Shown here one piece after another: positions 26,581 to 40,742 of a DNA stretch of 64,000 bases. Source of the DNA: Octopus sinensis (lineage: Eukaryota). Every line of letters begins with the position of its first letter. The first letter of the stretch is position 1. The notes beneath the pieces are model-generated. The model worked only from the letters and a program-made list of their open reading frames with translations, searched no databases and was not told the origin of the DNA. The stretch lies in NCBI RefSeq assembly GCF_006345805.1, contig NC_043009.1, forward strand, positions 46,438,001-46,502,000, read 5' to 3'. A program made the translations under genes and the position numbers.

Positions 26581-29500
26581 TAGAAGTTCATGTTGGTGTT
26601 ATGCCTAGGGTATCACATATTTGGTTTTGTACATTGTGTTGTTCTAGAGAATGTTTAATAAAACCATAAGAAAATGATGTGTTTGTTTTAAAACTTGGGA
26701 TTATATAGAAAGTATTTTGCGTAGGATATGGGCAGTTCCCATGAGCACTATCTTTTAAATTTCTGCCATTTTGGGGTTTGCTGGCATCTGAGCCAGGTAG
26801 CAATCAGCCCCTTTTGCTATCATTCTCAAGGCACCTATGACAACAGCTATTGTTTTAGTCTTCAGGTTCCACATTTTGCTAATTTCTATTTCAAGATATT
26901 TATACTTACTCAGTTTTTGGTAGGTCATGACAGATACATTCATATTGATTGGGACAGTCATATCAATGAGGAGGCATGATTTTTGTCTGAAGTCTTTCAA
27001 TATGATTTCTGGCCTATTTGCATCTATCTTTTTGTTAATTTGAATGGTGAAGTTCCAGAGGAGTGAGATGTGATCATTTTCAAGCACTGGAGGTAATTTG
27101 TGTTAACACCAGTTTTTATCATGCGGCAAGTCCAGGTTTTTGCAAATTACCCAGTGAATATATTGTGCAGCTCTATCATGCCTGTTGAGGTACTCTGTAG
27201 GCGCTAGAAGACTGCATTTGGAGACAACATGATCAATGGTTTCATTTTGTTGTCGGCATACACGACATGTTGGGCTACTGCCGTTCTTTAATATGTTGGC
27301 CTGGTAGTTTCTTGTTGGTAGGCATTGATCTTGAGCTGCTAAGATAAACCCTTCTGTTTCAGATTTTAAGCCAGAGGCCATTAGCAAATGATGGGTCAGG
27401 GCTTTGTCAATATCTGTATTATTCGCTCTCTTTGGGTATTTGCCATTTATCAGTCAGAATATCTAAGGCAGTAGTTTCTGCGCTTGTTTCTTGTATGTCT
27501 AATTCCGAAATTTGTTGTATTTGGAATTCACTTAGATATTTCTTTGCCTGCCTTGTCACTGAGTATGATACTTTCTTGTCTTCATGTTTTGAGATATGTT
27601 TTAAAATCCAGTCCTCAGAGTTTTTCAGGTAGGTGTCTAGGCCAATTGTAGCAATCTTCATTGTTAATGCCAGTTGTAAAACTCCACGACCTCCCTCTTT
27701 TCTTGGCAGATAAAGTCGTTCTATGTCCGCCTTGGGTGGTGCATTCTATGCAACGTCAATAGTTTTCCTATTTTTCTGTCAAGATTACATATTTCAGTAA
27801 TTGACCAGTTAATGATATTGAAACTGTAAGTCACGGCTGGTATGGCTAAAGCATTGATCGCTTCGATCCTGTTTATTGCATTCACCTCTGTCTTAAGTAT
27901 TGTTCTCACCCTGCGATAACAGTCTCTCCTGATCATTTCCTTCATCACTGAATGCCTGATTCCGTCCCCTTCAAGTAACCCTAGGTATTTGTAGCTCTCC
28001 GCTGGTTCTAACTCTTTTATGACATTCTGTTCATCAAGGTTAACGTTTGAAGTTTCTGTCATTTTTCCTTTAATAAAGGTAGCTTTTAAACATTTATCGA
28101 GGCCAAATTGCATTCTGATATCATCACTAAATTGTTTAACAATCGCTAGTAAGCCCTTGAGTTGTTGGTCATTTTTTACAAAGAGCTTTAAATCATCCAT
28201 GTAAATGAGATGATTTATATTTTTATCAAACACTTTATAACCTCATTGTGCATCATTGAGCAATTTTGAGAGAGATATTAAGGCTAGACAAAAGAGGGGT
28301 GGTGGTAGTGAGTCACATTGGAAAATGCCACATGAAATTTAAATTTTTACATCTCCAGCATTTAGAGATTCATTGTCACTGTTGAAAGTCAGTGTGGTTC
28401 TCCATGATCTCATACTTACTGACAAAAAGTTTCACAGAGTATGCACTATTGTATACATTTCCAGACATTTCTTAATCCAGCTATGTGGTAGGCAATCAAA
28501 ACCTTTTTTTTATATTCTATCCAGGCTATTGACAAGTTTTTGTGTCGTTTGTGACAATCTTTTAAGATCATCTTATTGATGAGTAGATAATCTTTACAAC
28601 CTTAGGATTCAAGTTTACATCCTTTTTGCTCATTGGGGAATATGCTGCTTTCTATTAAAAAAAAACTATAGGTATATTCAGTCAGGACAGATATTAGCAT
28701 TTTATACATTGCTAAGCAGGTTATGGGTTTATAATTTTTTACTTCATTTGTTTCTTCATTTTATGGAAGCAGGAATGTTAAACCATTAACTAGCCAAGAG
28801 GGCATTATACTAGGATGTTGCAAAACAACGTTGTAAAGTTCTGTTAGCAGTCCATGGCTCTCTGGGAAGGCATTCAACCAGAAGTTAGGAATTTTACTCT
28901 TTTCTGAAGACTTCCATTTGCTTGACCTCCTGAGAGCAGATCTTATATCTTCTACCTTGACACCCTCTCACTTTTGCTCCTCTAAGGAGTCTAAGTCTGT
29001 AGATATTCTATCAATCCAAGGGACCTTCTAATTGTGTGCTTTTTCTTCTGCCCAAATTTTATTCCAAAATCCCTGCACTGCTTCTTTTGATGGGACAGAC
29101 TTTACTGTAACTGGTGTTTTCACTATCTTTCTGTTATAATTTTTGGGGTTATTTTTGAACATGTTGTTGTCGTTGAAGAATCTAATGCGCTTTTCATACC
29201 TTGCTAAGCAGGCAGCTTTATCACATGCCTTTTGCTTGATGGTTTCCATGGTGGCATCAATGTCAAGTATGCTTTTCATATTATATTTTTTCTTTAATTT
29301 TCGAGTTTTTGTAGGTTTGGTATTCTTGCCAAACTTAGGGTTTTTCAAACATTCTATGTTAGACCTAAGTAGCTTAATTTGGTGTTGAATACGCTCTTGC
29401 CAAGAAGGCTTTTGTGGGAATGTTACCGTTTTCTAATCTTTTCACCACATAGAACCGTTGAGATTTTCGCGGATGCATAGTACAGGTGGTTGAGATCTGT

Positions 29501-30353
29501 GATATCAACATCATTAACAGAAATGATATCCTTAAATGCAAGGCGGGCATTACCAATTATTTTCAGGTTTTGGTTAGAATTGCGAATTTTTTGTGAGAGT
29601 ATCGCGTTCATCCATACTGGTTTCTTAAATTTTCAGCCATTCAATCATGATTTGATTTTTTAGATCATGTAGTTCTGTTGGGTCAATATTTGTGTGACTT
29701 TCTTCATCTCTTTGATTTTCATCTGCCTTAGTGTTTATGGTTGTTTCAGAGAGTATTTCACTTTGCTTATCAGTTACATTAACTCTTTCAATCATTACTT
29801 CGTTTTCATCAGCCCTGGTCTGGTCTATAATTATTTCCTCTGTAGTATCGTCTTTAGCTGCAGCTTTGTTCTTTTTATCCCTTACTACTTGTTTAATTTA
29901 GTCAATCTTTACTTCAGTCAGTAATTTTTTTTTTTCATATTTCTTCTGACGTTGGCAAGTTTGCTACTGTCTATGTAGGGTCTGACCTTACTTCAGGGTG
30001 TTTCTGTCTCCAGTTTAAGTAGGTTTGTACAGTATTAGATTTATCTGTGGGGAAATATATGGCATGGTAGAAAGCCGTAGGAACTTCTTTATTATCTTCC
30101 CTAGACCATTTCTAATTCTTTTCTTTTGGTTATTTGATGACGAGCATGGATGGCCATCTGTTGGAATATTCCGGATGTGGGGTACTTTCAGCTCCTGTGT
30201 GTCGGGAAGATTTGAACCAGTAGCTGATTTTTCGTATCGAATCTGGTTCAACATTCGAGTACGGAGTCTTTTGTAATCCAGTGGATCACCATTTAGGTTT
30301 TGCCTTGTTAACAGTGAGGCATGACGAGCTTCGACGTTATCATTAGGGGAGGA

Positions 30354-30355
<2 letters not shown>
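26581..30355 (-). mobile_element. Near full-length Dong/R4-clade non-LTR retrotransposon inserted in (TAA)n, pseudogenised
   Basis: RT INHLIYMDDLKLF, CCHC CRVCRQQNETIDHVVSKC..RHD, RLE-like DANRPEIIL..LIDM; (TTA)n arrays on both sides (26479-26580, 30355-30478). Confidence 0.92.
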
Positions 30356-30394
<39 letters not shown>

Positions 30395-30423
30395 TATTAT
30401 TATTATTATCATTATTATTATTA

Positions 30424-30458
<35 letters not shown>

Positions 30459-30478
30459 TATTATTATTATTATTATTA

Positions 30479-31116
30479 AACCGTCCTGCATGCATTAGTC
30501 CAGTGTCCGTGCATTACTAACCTGTGGAACTTTGTCGAACAGTTGTAGCCGCATGTAGGACGGATCCGGTTATTAACCGAGTCCATTGTGACGATCGCCG
30601 AACCACCTTACTTTGGCCGAGAAAAGGCAAGTTTTCTCTGTCTGGTGGCGATGGTGAAGGAGATAGTGTGGTGGACAAGATTGAAAAGACTGAAGACCAA
30701 TACTTCCCTCTCCGGCCAAGCCCTCATCGACTTTTTGAATTTCCACTTGAAAAGGAAAGTGAGAGTAGAGAGGGATGTTCTGCATCCCAGTAAATTTGTT
30801 GAAAGTTGGGTGCATATGGTGAGGAGGGCCGCTGTACATAGGTCAACTCTGAACTTTTGTTTGTAAACCGGAGGAGTTGAGAAGGAGAGAGGCGCCTGCT
30901 GAGGTGCATCTAGCAGTCAGGAAAACCAGAAACAGTGGGATTTCTCGGTTGTCTGTGAGGAACTTATCACTTTTGGGATTTTTTATTATTTAATTGTTTT
31001 GTTAACCGTTTTTGTTAATTATTGTATACACGACATTGTTCAACACCCCACTTGTCCCTTCTTTTGTATCGTTCCTATATGTTTTGTGTTCGGCCCTTGT
31101 GCCCAATAACGAAACG

Positions 31117-31156
<40 letters not shown>

Positions 31157-31180
31157 TATTATTATTATTATTATTATTAT
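30479..31180 (+). mobile_element. Tx1-like LINE 3' fragment with (TTA)n tail
   Basis: Homologous to 33670-34315 (cagtgtccgtgcattact.acctgtggaactttgtc...); ends aataacgaaacgattattatt. Confidence 0.8.
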
Positions 31181-31511
31181 CTAATTTCAGTTTTGTTTCC
31201 AGTTTTTTGCCGAGAGTCTTCCCAACACCTAGGTCAAAGAAACTCACTGTATACATTGGTAGGCCATCAAAATAAACACACTAGATTGTTCATTTACAAA
31301 GTCATGTGATAGAAAAAAATGGGGAAGAAAGACAGGAAAGAAGAGAAAAATAAAACTTGAAAAAAAAAAAGAAAAGAAAGAAAAGAAAGAGGGGAAACGA
31401 AAGAAAATTCACAGCGACGATACTCTTCTCAATACGTGTGAAGTACCAGTTAAGACAATCTTGTTTATTAGCTTTGATGGTCCGGTTTGTTGTTGTTGTT
31501 AATATTATTAT

Positions 31512-32067
31512 TGAGTGAGAGAGCAGTGCATGCCATCAAAGTGACACTGGGGTAAAATATACGAAGCCCAATATACCCGTCATGACTACCCGTCTGACAA
31601 AGGTACACCAGGCACATGCATCACAACCATATGTGCGCGACATGGTGATCTCATATCAAGATAAACAGCACATGACCTTGCAGGTGGGGCCCAGTTAGAA
31701 TTTTCTTCAGGTTGAGTAGCCCATCCCGCTCAAAAGGTCCCTGAATAAGGGTTGTTTAAGGATGTTGAAAGAACCACTCATGTTTCCAGAGGTGAATTAT
31801 TCAAACCCCAAAGAATCCCTCTCAACACATGGCTATGATGCTCCCCCACTACTTCTGCTCGTGATCAGAGATGCACATATCGTTAGCCACTAAGGGACAT
31901 GGTCAACTGGTTAAGGTCAAACAACTGACAAGCAAATCTGTGGTATTGAGCAGAATATTTGCTGTAGCCCATCTTTTATACCAAGACAAAACAATGTACA
32001 TGATAACACTTCCAATCAGTTAAGATCAGAAGCCATGAGAGCCACTGCCTGGTACTGCATCAGGGCA

Positions 32068-32068
<1 letters not shown>
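31512..32068 (-). mobile_element. Non-coding ~560-bp element flanked by (TAA)n, possibly non-autonomous and Dong-mobilised
   Basis: Unique block with sharp boundaries bracketed by tattattatt runs; no ORF and no TIR. Confidence 0.5.
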
Positions 32069-32100
<32 letters not shown>

Positions 32101-32507
32101 CCTTATTATTATTATGTTCATTATTATTATTATGTTCATGATCTTAATCGTCGAGCTGCGGAGCCGGGGCGTTGGGACCCTGCCTTCTGTGTGCTTTAGG
32201 AGATTATTATCGATCCTAGTGCACAGTACAGTCATGTAATTACTTTAACGATCACTAAGTAACGAATGATGAAAGTACGCTTCGGCATACAACAATACAA
32301 CATGACTAACCGGTTCACTTAAACATAGACTACCTCCACACCCGCCTATATATTCATATATACTTGTGAACACACACGCACATGCATGAAATATGCATGT
32401 GTATTACTTACATACATACATACATAAATATATACATACATGTATACAAATAAATATGTAAGTACATATATATATATTATATATATATATATATATATGT
32501 GTGTATA

Positions 32508-32653
<146 letters not shown>

Positions 32654-32780
32654 ATCTTTGTACCTCATCAGAGACGGATATTTTTCATATACGCATAAAA
32701 ATAGCGTTCATTGAATTAAAGATTCAATTTATATTTAAAATTCACCGTGAACAAGAAAAGCAAGGAAAACAATAGCAACA

Positions 32781-32880
<100 letters not shown>

Positions 32881-32929
32881 CAACAACAACAACACCAAAC
32901 CGGACCATCAAAGCTAATAAACAAGATTG

Positions 32930-34315
32930 TACGGAAGAACCAGTTAAATTGCTCGGGGTTTGGTTTGGTCCGGACCTCCAGGTAGACATAAATAGGGGGA
33001 GGTAACGAGCAGGGTAGCCAGTCTAATCTAGAATTGGGCAGATTCCCCCTGAAGGATCGGGCGGAGATGGCGAATGCATACATCGTTTCCATCATCTTCT
33101 ACCACCTGACCGTCGTCCCTTGCCCTCCTTTATGGCTGCCCAAGCTGGAGCGCTAGCTCTTCCGCTTTCTGTGGAAGGATCGTGTTCCACGCATCAAACG
33201 GTCCATCTGCTATCAAGAGCCGCTGAGTGGAAGAATGACCATGCCGTGGTTAATGATGCGTAGACACGCGATGAGGCTACAGCACATCCAGCACTTTCAT
33301 CACAATGAACAGGTGTAGTTACCGTATGTCAAGCAGGATTTTTCGAAGCTCGTTTCATTGACAGAGCTACAGTCTTGGATCAATCGTAGACCAAAAAAGA
33401 GCACGTAGCACCTGAAGTGTCGGTAAGCACTCACAGCTTTCAGCCAGTCGGGCAACACGGTTGGTGGAGGTTCCACCATGGAGTTCTATAAGGGATTAGT
33501 GGCGCGAAAGAGCGACGACGTCCTCGGGGAAATTTTGGGCGTTGGGAAGGATCGATTAACTGGTCTTTTCCGGTCTGGGGCCTATGGATGGCTTCCAGAA
33601 ATCCCTGGCCTGGCAGTGCTGCCGTGGAGCTCTACCGGTTCGAGACAAACTCTGTAGGCAAGCTCTACCTGTTCAGTGTCCGTGCATTACTGACCTGTGG
33701 AACTTTGTCAAACAGCTGTTATCATGGTTAGGACGGATCCGGTTATCAGCTGAGTCCATCGTGAAGATCGCCCCGTCGCCCTCCTTTGGCCGGGAAAGAA
33801 AGGTAGTTTTTCCTCTGTCTGCGGGCTACGGCGAAGAAGGTAGTGTGATGGACGAGATTGAAAGGCTGAAGAGAGATACTTTCCTCTTCGGCAAAGCCCA
33901 CATTCACTATTTCAAAGTCCGACTGAAAAGGAAAGTGACAGCTGAGAGGGAAGTTTTACCCCCCAATAAATTTGCCGAAAGATGGGTGCGTGTGGAGAGG
34001 ATGGCCCGTATGAATGGGCCTACTCTGAACTTTCGTTTGTAAACCGGGGGAGTTGAGGAGAGAGGTGCCTACTGAGGTGCATCTGGAGGTCGGGATAACC
34101 AGAATGTGTGGGGCTCTTCGGTTGTCTCAGCGAAGAACTTACCCCTTTTGTGAAATTCTGTTGTTGAATTGTATTGTTGTCATTGTTATTTTATTGCTTA
34201 CTCGATGTTTGTGTTAAACCCCATGTGTCCCCAGGTTCGTATTGTCTCTGTTTTGTATTCGGCCCTTTTGACCAATAAAGAAACGATTATATTATTATTA
34301 TTATTATTATTATTA
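32930..34315 (+). mobile_element. Tx1-like LINE 3' portion (post-RT and zinc finger)
   Basis: EEPVKLLGVWFGPDLQ, LFRFLWKD, MDGFQKSLAWQCCRGALPVRDKL, aataaagaaacgattat tail. Confidence 0.85.
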
Positions 34316-34421
34316 AGGTGGCGAGCTAGCAGAATCGTTAGCACGCCGGGCAAAATGCTTAGCGGCATTTCGTCCGTCCTTAGATTCTGAGTTCGATTTC
34401 CGCCGAGGTCGACTTTGCCTT
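34315..34421 (+). mobile_element. SINE family B, 3'-truncated
   Basis: aaggtggcgagctagcagaatcgttagcacgccgggcaaaatgcttagcgg...gaggtcgactttgcctt. Confidence 0.85.
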
Positions 34422-34959
34422 CCGAGACGTCATTGAGTGCTACTTAAAAGACTATCATTCTTCCTGAGGGTACAGTCAGAATACTGTGTAGAAGAATACT
34501 GTGTAAACGGACACACAGAATACTGTGTAAAAGGTTCAAACCTAGAACCACGTAGCAGAAAATGAATTTCTGAAACGCGTCACAACGTGCGTTTTTAAGC
34601 TGTTATCAAAGGGAAAAAAACAGCTGCCGTTAATTACAGTAACTAGGATGATAATAAAAATTGCCGATTTTATTATGATAATGATGTTTATCATTGTTAT
34701 TGTGGACTTTTATTTTCATAGTATGCATATAAGTTGTTCGATTTCTCGCTACCATGAAACAATTTCACGCTAACATGAAACAATCTCAAACAGCTATATA
34801 GCAACAACTACTACTTTCACGGCTGCTACTGCTATTACTACAAGTAGTAGTAGTAGTAGTAGTTGTAGTAGTAACAACAACAACAACAATAATAATTATA
34901 ATGATAATAATAATAATGATGATGATGATGGTAATAATAGCAGGGGTGCTATTATAATA

Positions 34960-35640
34960 ATAATAGCAGGGGTGCTAGAAAGAAATTAGATAACATTATA
35001 CATAATGATACCAGTGGTACCTGCTTTAAATATATAGAAACAAAGACTGGAATAGGATACAAAGAACTTGTGACAAAGCAAACGGGGCGAACACGTGGTA
35101 TAAAACCGACAAATAACAAGGAGTGATGTATGTAGAGGCCACACTCCATGGAGAACTAGCCCGTAGATTTAGGAAAGCTCTGAAGGAGATCAAACTGAAC
35201 AGTAACATTGTTGAAAAGCCAGGGATCTCTGTCAGATCACAACTATGTAGGATGTACCTCTTTGAGAATACTAGAATACTATATGCATCAGTGTTAACTG
35301 CATGGTATGTAGGATTATCCCTGGCATTAACTGTAGAACTAGAAATGTAGTTTACAGCACAAGATGCATAGAAGGTGCTTGTAAAGACATGAATATGACA
35401 AACACAGGGGAAACATCTCGGAGCATTGTAGAACGACTAAATGAACATTTGAGCCAATATGACGACAAAAAAAAGTCCTCCATACACTACCAGCATGCCA
35501 AGGACCAAACGGGAGGCAACCTGGTCATTTTGACATCCGCGTCTTATCCAAGCACCCAAAGGACCCAACACTCAGACAAATACGGGAGTACGTCCTTATA
35601 AATGAAACTGCTCCAATACTAAATAGGAAATATACATAGT
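34960..35640 (+). mobile_element. Penelope-like element 3' fragment (linker plus GIY-YIG)
   Basis: MYVEATLHGELARRFRKAL..VEKPG, then C..C, CRTRNVVY..C...C..TGETSRSIVERLNEH. Confidence 0.8.
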
Positions 35641-35761
35641 AGATATCATACCCTCATACCCCCAGTTTACATAGGTAGACTAGAATAGTTAGTGGGCTGT
35701 TATGTAGATATGTGTGTGTGGGGGTATATATATATATATATATTATATATATATATATATA

Positions 35762-36724
35762 CTAGCTTAAGATGACCCGCTCTCCGCGCGGGTAAGAGTG
35801 TGGTTGTTATTTTCTGTTGCTTCCTTTCTGTTTTTTATTACCACATTCTCCCTCTTTGTTTCTCTATCCTTTCTCTCTCACTTTCCCACTCTCTTACTCT
35901 TCCTTTCTCTCGGACACTCCCTCGCTTTCTCTTACTCTCTATCTTTATCTATCTCTCTCCCATTTGTAAACAACAAAAGATCGTGAGTAAGTTGAGGAAG
36001 AAATATTTTGAAAGATCAATCATAAATATCAGGCAGTGATAACGGAAAGGTCTGCTTCAAGGCAGACAGCAAAATACTAACATTTAAAAGGGACAGACGA
36101 ACTTGCGAGTTGAATAAAAATATATAAATATTGGGAACCAAAGTTTGAAGGGATAGAATATGAGGATAGTAGAGTCACCATGGCTGGCATTTCTTAACGA
36201 TGGACAGAAACGTAGTGGCAGTTTAACGGCTGGCGTAAAATTTTGAACTTGATGTAAAAGAAAATTCCTAAACACCCGCTCCTGTAAATTTTAATCCCCT
36301 TCCAGGCCCATTTAGACCCCTTTACACATTTTGGTTAACATAACCCGATTTCATTCGGGTCTACTCGGGCCACATTAAGTTTTGAAGTAATTCTTTCTCA
36401 CGACAGTAGACTCACCAATGCAAGCATTCAAAACTTCTTCATCATGGACGGCAATACATTGAAGATTTAAAGGCTGGCGCAAATTTTTTTAGGTTGATGT
36501 AACAGAGAATTCCTAAACACCCGCTGGTCTACTCGGGCCACACTTTATAAGATGAGGAATTTTGTCCTAGAGTTCACGCCTTTCATTTGAGGAAAAAAAT
36601 AGTGGCCATGCAAACTCGCCAGCACTTTTAAAATAGGTGTGCATATTTTCAGCTCAATCGACCACATAATGCAAACATTTTATATATATATATACGCATT
36701 ATATATACAAATGTATACAAATTA

Positions 36725-36758
<34 letters not shown>

Positions 36759-36952
36759 AATTAAATTAGAAATAAAACCACTATTAGGCAAATCAAACAG
36801 TGAAAAACATAAACCGAAACATAAAAATAAAAATATAATATACAAAATATATAAAATATAAAATTTAAAAATTCAAATTTAAACAGAAAGGAAGCAACAG
36901 AAAGTAACAACCACACGCTTACCCGCGCGTAGAGCGGCTCACCTTAAGCTAG

Positions 36953-36983
<31 letters not shown>

Positions 36984-37716
36984 TCACACACAGATACATC
37001 TATCTGCATAACAGCCCACTAAATATTCTACTCTACCTATGTAAAATCAAAATTATTAACTTATATTTATATTTTTTTTAAATATATATATAACTATCAA
37101 AAAGTATTAAAAAGTTTAATATACATAAATACAGATATATACACGTTGTATATATACATTATATATACATATTTATATATAGAACACACATACACACACA
37201 CACATATATATTATATAAATTAACCCAATAAATATCTGATTAATAATATTTGTTCTCATGATTCTGTGGTGGTGGTGGCGATGATAATTCTCTCTATGAA
37301 TGCAGACAGACGTAGAGAGAGAGAGAGTGTGTGAAAGCGCTGGCGAAGGCGGGGAGGGGGGAGATATAGGATGCTGTGAAACGACGTTATAAAGAGAAAG
37401 TGAAGGGAAGGGAGGTAGACGCTGTGAAACGACGTTATAGATAGATTGTGAAAGGAAGGGAGGAAAGAAAGTGAGTGATGGAGGAAAACAGTTACATAAA
37501 AGAATGAGAGTAGACATTCCAAGGTGCATTTTGGCCCTAGCAACAACAACTTTTAAGATGGGGATTTAGAACCTAGCTCACTCACATCCTCACCTCATTT
37601 TACATATCCCTGTAAATTTTGGAGTCAATCCGACGGGATCTAGTGGCCTTTAACCCGTTCTCAATGCCAAAACCAGACAAACAAACTTTTCGCATTTCAG
37701 AATTATAATATAGAGA
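35762..37716 (-). mobile_element. Non-autonomous Helitron, unit 1 of a tandem array
   Basis: Minus 5' TCTCTATATTATAATTC; 3' hairpin ACCCGC-gcggaga-GCGGGT followed by CTAG|T. Confidence 0.8.
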
Positions 37717-37909
37717 AGAGACAAGGTTGTATATTTCGAACTACAATACGCCGAAGGGCTTCATTATAGTTTCTTTTTGCTCAGTTTCACTCACAAGACA
37801 TGGGGTAGATTCAAGGTTATAGAAAGGGACAAATGTCCTAGAAACCGTGAAGAGGGATCGAATCCGGCAGAAGCGAACTTCTTGACCATTTGGCCTTATT
37901 ACGCCTATA

Positions 37910-37942
<33 letters not shown>

Positions 37943-38474
37943 AGGTTAGTTATGCAACATTACCCCCTACCTCCTGCAAACAAACACACGTTAGACCGGT
38001 TGATTCTTATAGCGATGCTCTGGCCGTACGTGAACCCATTCTCTCTGACCATCAATCAGGTCACTGACTTCCACTCCATTCAGGGCTCACGTTTCGACAC
38101 CATTCGAGAAAGAGTGGAAGCGGTGTAAGGATATGTACATGGTATGTTACAGTAAATTATTTGTTAAACTAAAAATTTGGGACAATAAAACATACAAGGT
38201 CGCTGTCTGCAAAGTAGCCAGCGATCTTTTATGTCTTATCGTAACAACCACACCCAGCGACCTTGCTTTTTTTATTGTCCCATATTATTAGTTTAACAAA
38301 TGATTTACCAAAAATTTTTATGAGTTTAAGCGTAAATTCAATGTGTTTTGTATGCAACACTGATATTTATATATTTATATATTTTATATGGTGCTTATTT
38401 ATTTATATATTAATATATTTTTAAACGTCGGGCTTTACGTCTGTTCTGTAGATATAAATGAAAAGATGAATATA
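37717..38474. repeat. Inter-Helitron spacer A (near-identical copy at 40508-41276), with an internal fold-back at 38152-38309
   Basis: Base-by-base similarity to 40508-41276, differing mainly in (GTA)n length. Confidence 0.9.
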
Positions 38475-38873
38475 CTAGGTTAAGGTGACCCGCTCTACCT
38501 GCGGGTAAGTGCATGGCTGTTACTTTCTGTTACTTCCTTTCTGTTATTATCACCACATTCTCCCTCAAAACATTAAGTTTTGAAGTGATCCTTTCTCACG
38601 ACAGTAGACTCACCAATGCAAGTATTCAAAACCTTTTCATCATGGACGGCAACACATTGAAGATTTAAAGGCTGGCGCAAATTTTTTAGGTTGATGTAAC
38701 AGAGAATTCCTAAACACCCGCTGGTCTACTCGGGCCACACTTTATAAGATGAGGAATTTTGTCCTAGAGTTCACTCCTTTCATTTGAGGAAAAAAATAGT
38801 TGCCATGAAAACTCGCCGGCACTTTTAACATAGGTGTGCATATTTTCAGCTCAACCGACCACATAATGCATAC

Positions 38874-38946
<73 letters not shown>

Positions 38947-39053
38947 ATGCATTATATATATATATATATTTATGCATTATATATATATATGTGTGTGTGT
39001 ACGCATTATATGTACAAATTATATATATATATATATATCTATCTATATATATA

Positions 39054-39084
<31 letters not shown>

Positions 39085-39873
39085 AACGGCAGTTTGTCTG
39101 TGTGTCTGTGTGTCTGTCAGGTTGTAACCTCACCCTGACCATGGCTTTCAACCGATTCTGATGAAACTTGACACACACATAGCCCAATGTCATAATTCAA
39201 AACTAACGCAGCGAAAATTTTGAAAAGTTCCCCCAGTTCTGAAAAAAAATCGATAAATTCAGCATGGGTCGAGAATCTAAGCTTTTTATATGCAACACAT
39301 TTTCTACAGACTGTCTAGGGGATGCAACTCGACCTTTTTAACTCTCGGAACATGTGGGGTAAGTATCCCAAAATGTATAAAAATGTACAAAAACGGCAAA
39401 AAAAAGCGGGCAGCAATGTGAGTGACAACAACGAAAAAGTCAAAAGTGACCAAACTGAACAAACGAATGGAAAAGGTTTTTTGGTGCACACGACAAAAGC
39501 GGTTTATAATAAACCAAGAGTTTGCAAGTAGCATCCAAGGACCCATAGGGTACGTCAAAAATTTAAGGTAGAACGTTTGGGGTGGTAGTTATAAAGAATG
39601 TGTAATCAAAAAAGTATTCGAATAACTTGCGGCTGCAGCAGCTACTAGCAGAATTGGCGGTGTTGGGGTTAAAGTCTCGAATGTAATTTCTTCCCGGTAG
39701 GAATTGGTTGGGTTGAATTATCGATGGCTGTTTGATAGTTATTTGGGAGTGAAGAGAAGACATTGCAACCTACACATGCGCCTTCGTTCCCTAGAGGGAA
39801 AGGACTAGATTGGAATTAGTCGTTGCCTACTAGGGGTTCTTACATACCCGGGCAATACCGGGCTATGCTGCTA

Positions 39874-39931
<58 letters not shown>

Positions 39932-40507
39932 CAGATATATACACTTTGTATATATACATTATATATACGTATTTATATATAGAACACACACACACACACA
40001 TATAAATTAACCCAATAAATATCTGATTCATAATATTTGTTTTCATGATTGTCTGTGGTGGATGTGGCGATGATAATTCTCTCTATGAATGCAGACAGAC
40101 ATACTGAGAGAGAGGGAGAGAGAGAGATAGAGAGAGAGGGAGGGAGGCGGTGGGGAAAGGGGGACAGTGCTGGCGAAGGCGGCGGAGGCAAAGATAGTAG
40201 TATCTGTCAAACATCGTTATAGAGAAAAAGTGATGGGAAGGGAGGAAACAGAGAGAGACGGAGGAAGACATGCAGATAAGAGAATGAGAGGAGACTTGTC
40301 AAAGTGTGCGTTTATTGCTCTAGTAACGAGGCCTTTTAAGATAGGGATTTCTAACCTAGCTCACTCACATCCTCACCTCATTTTACATGTCCCTGTAAAT
40401 CTTGGAGACAATCCGACGGGATCTAATGGCCTTTAACCCGTTCTCAATGCCAAAACCAGACAAACAAACAAACAAACATTTCGCATTTCAGAATTATAAT
40501 ATAGAGA
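38475..40507 (-). mobile_element. Non-autonomous Helitron, unit 2 (contains a nested Helitron)
   Basis: Same 5' TC end and 3' hairpin-CTAG as units 1 and 3. Confidence 0.8.
39042..39874 (+). mobile_element. Nested non-autonomous Helitron of a different family (Lep1-like layout)
   Basis: A|TCTATATA...taaacggcagtttgtctgtgtgtctg...accgattctgatgaaacttg; 3' hairpin CCCGG-gcaata-CCGGG followed by CTAG|T; absent from units 1 and 3. Confidence 0.85.
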
Positions 40508-40700
40508 AGAGACAAGGTTGTATATTTCGAACAACAATACGCCGAAGGGCTTCATTATAGTTTCTTTTTGCTCAGTTTCACTCACAAGACATGGGATAGA
40601 TTCAAGGTTATAGAAAGGGACAAATGTCCTAGAAACCGTGAAGAGGGATCGAATCCGGCAGAAGCGAACTTCTTGAACATTTGGCCTTATTACGCCTATA

Positions 40701-40742
<42 letters not shown>

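Noticed and set aside
30280-30360. Possible HDV-like ribozyme at the 5' end of the Dong/R4 element (TCCTCC loop-like motif)
   Set aside because: P1/P2/P3 pairings could not be built.
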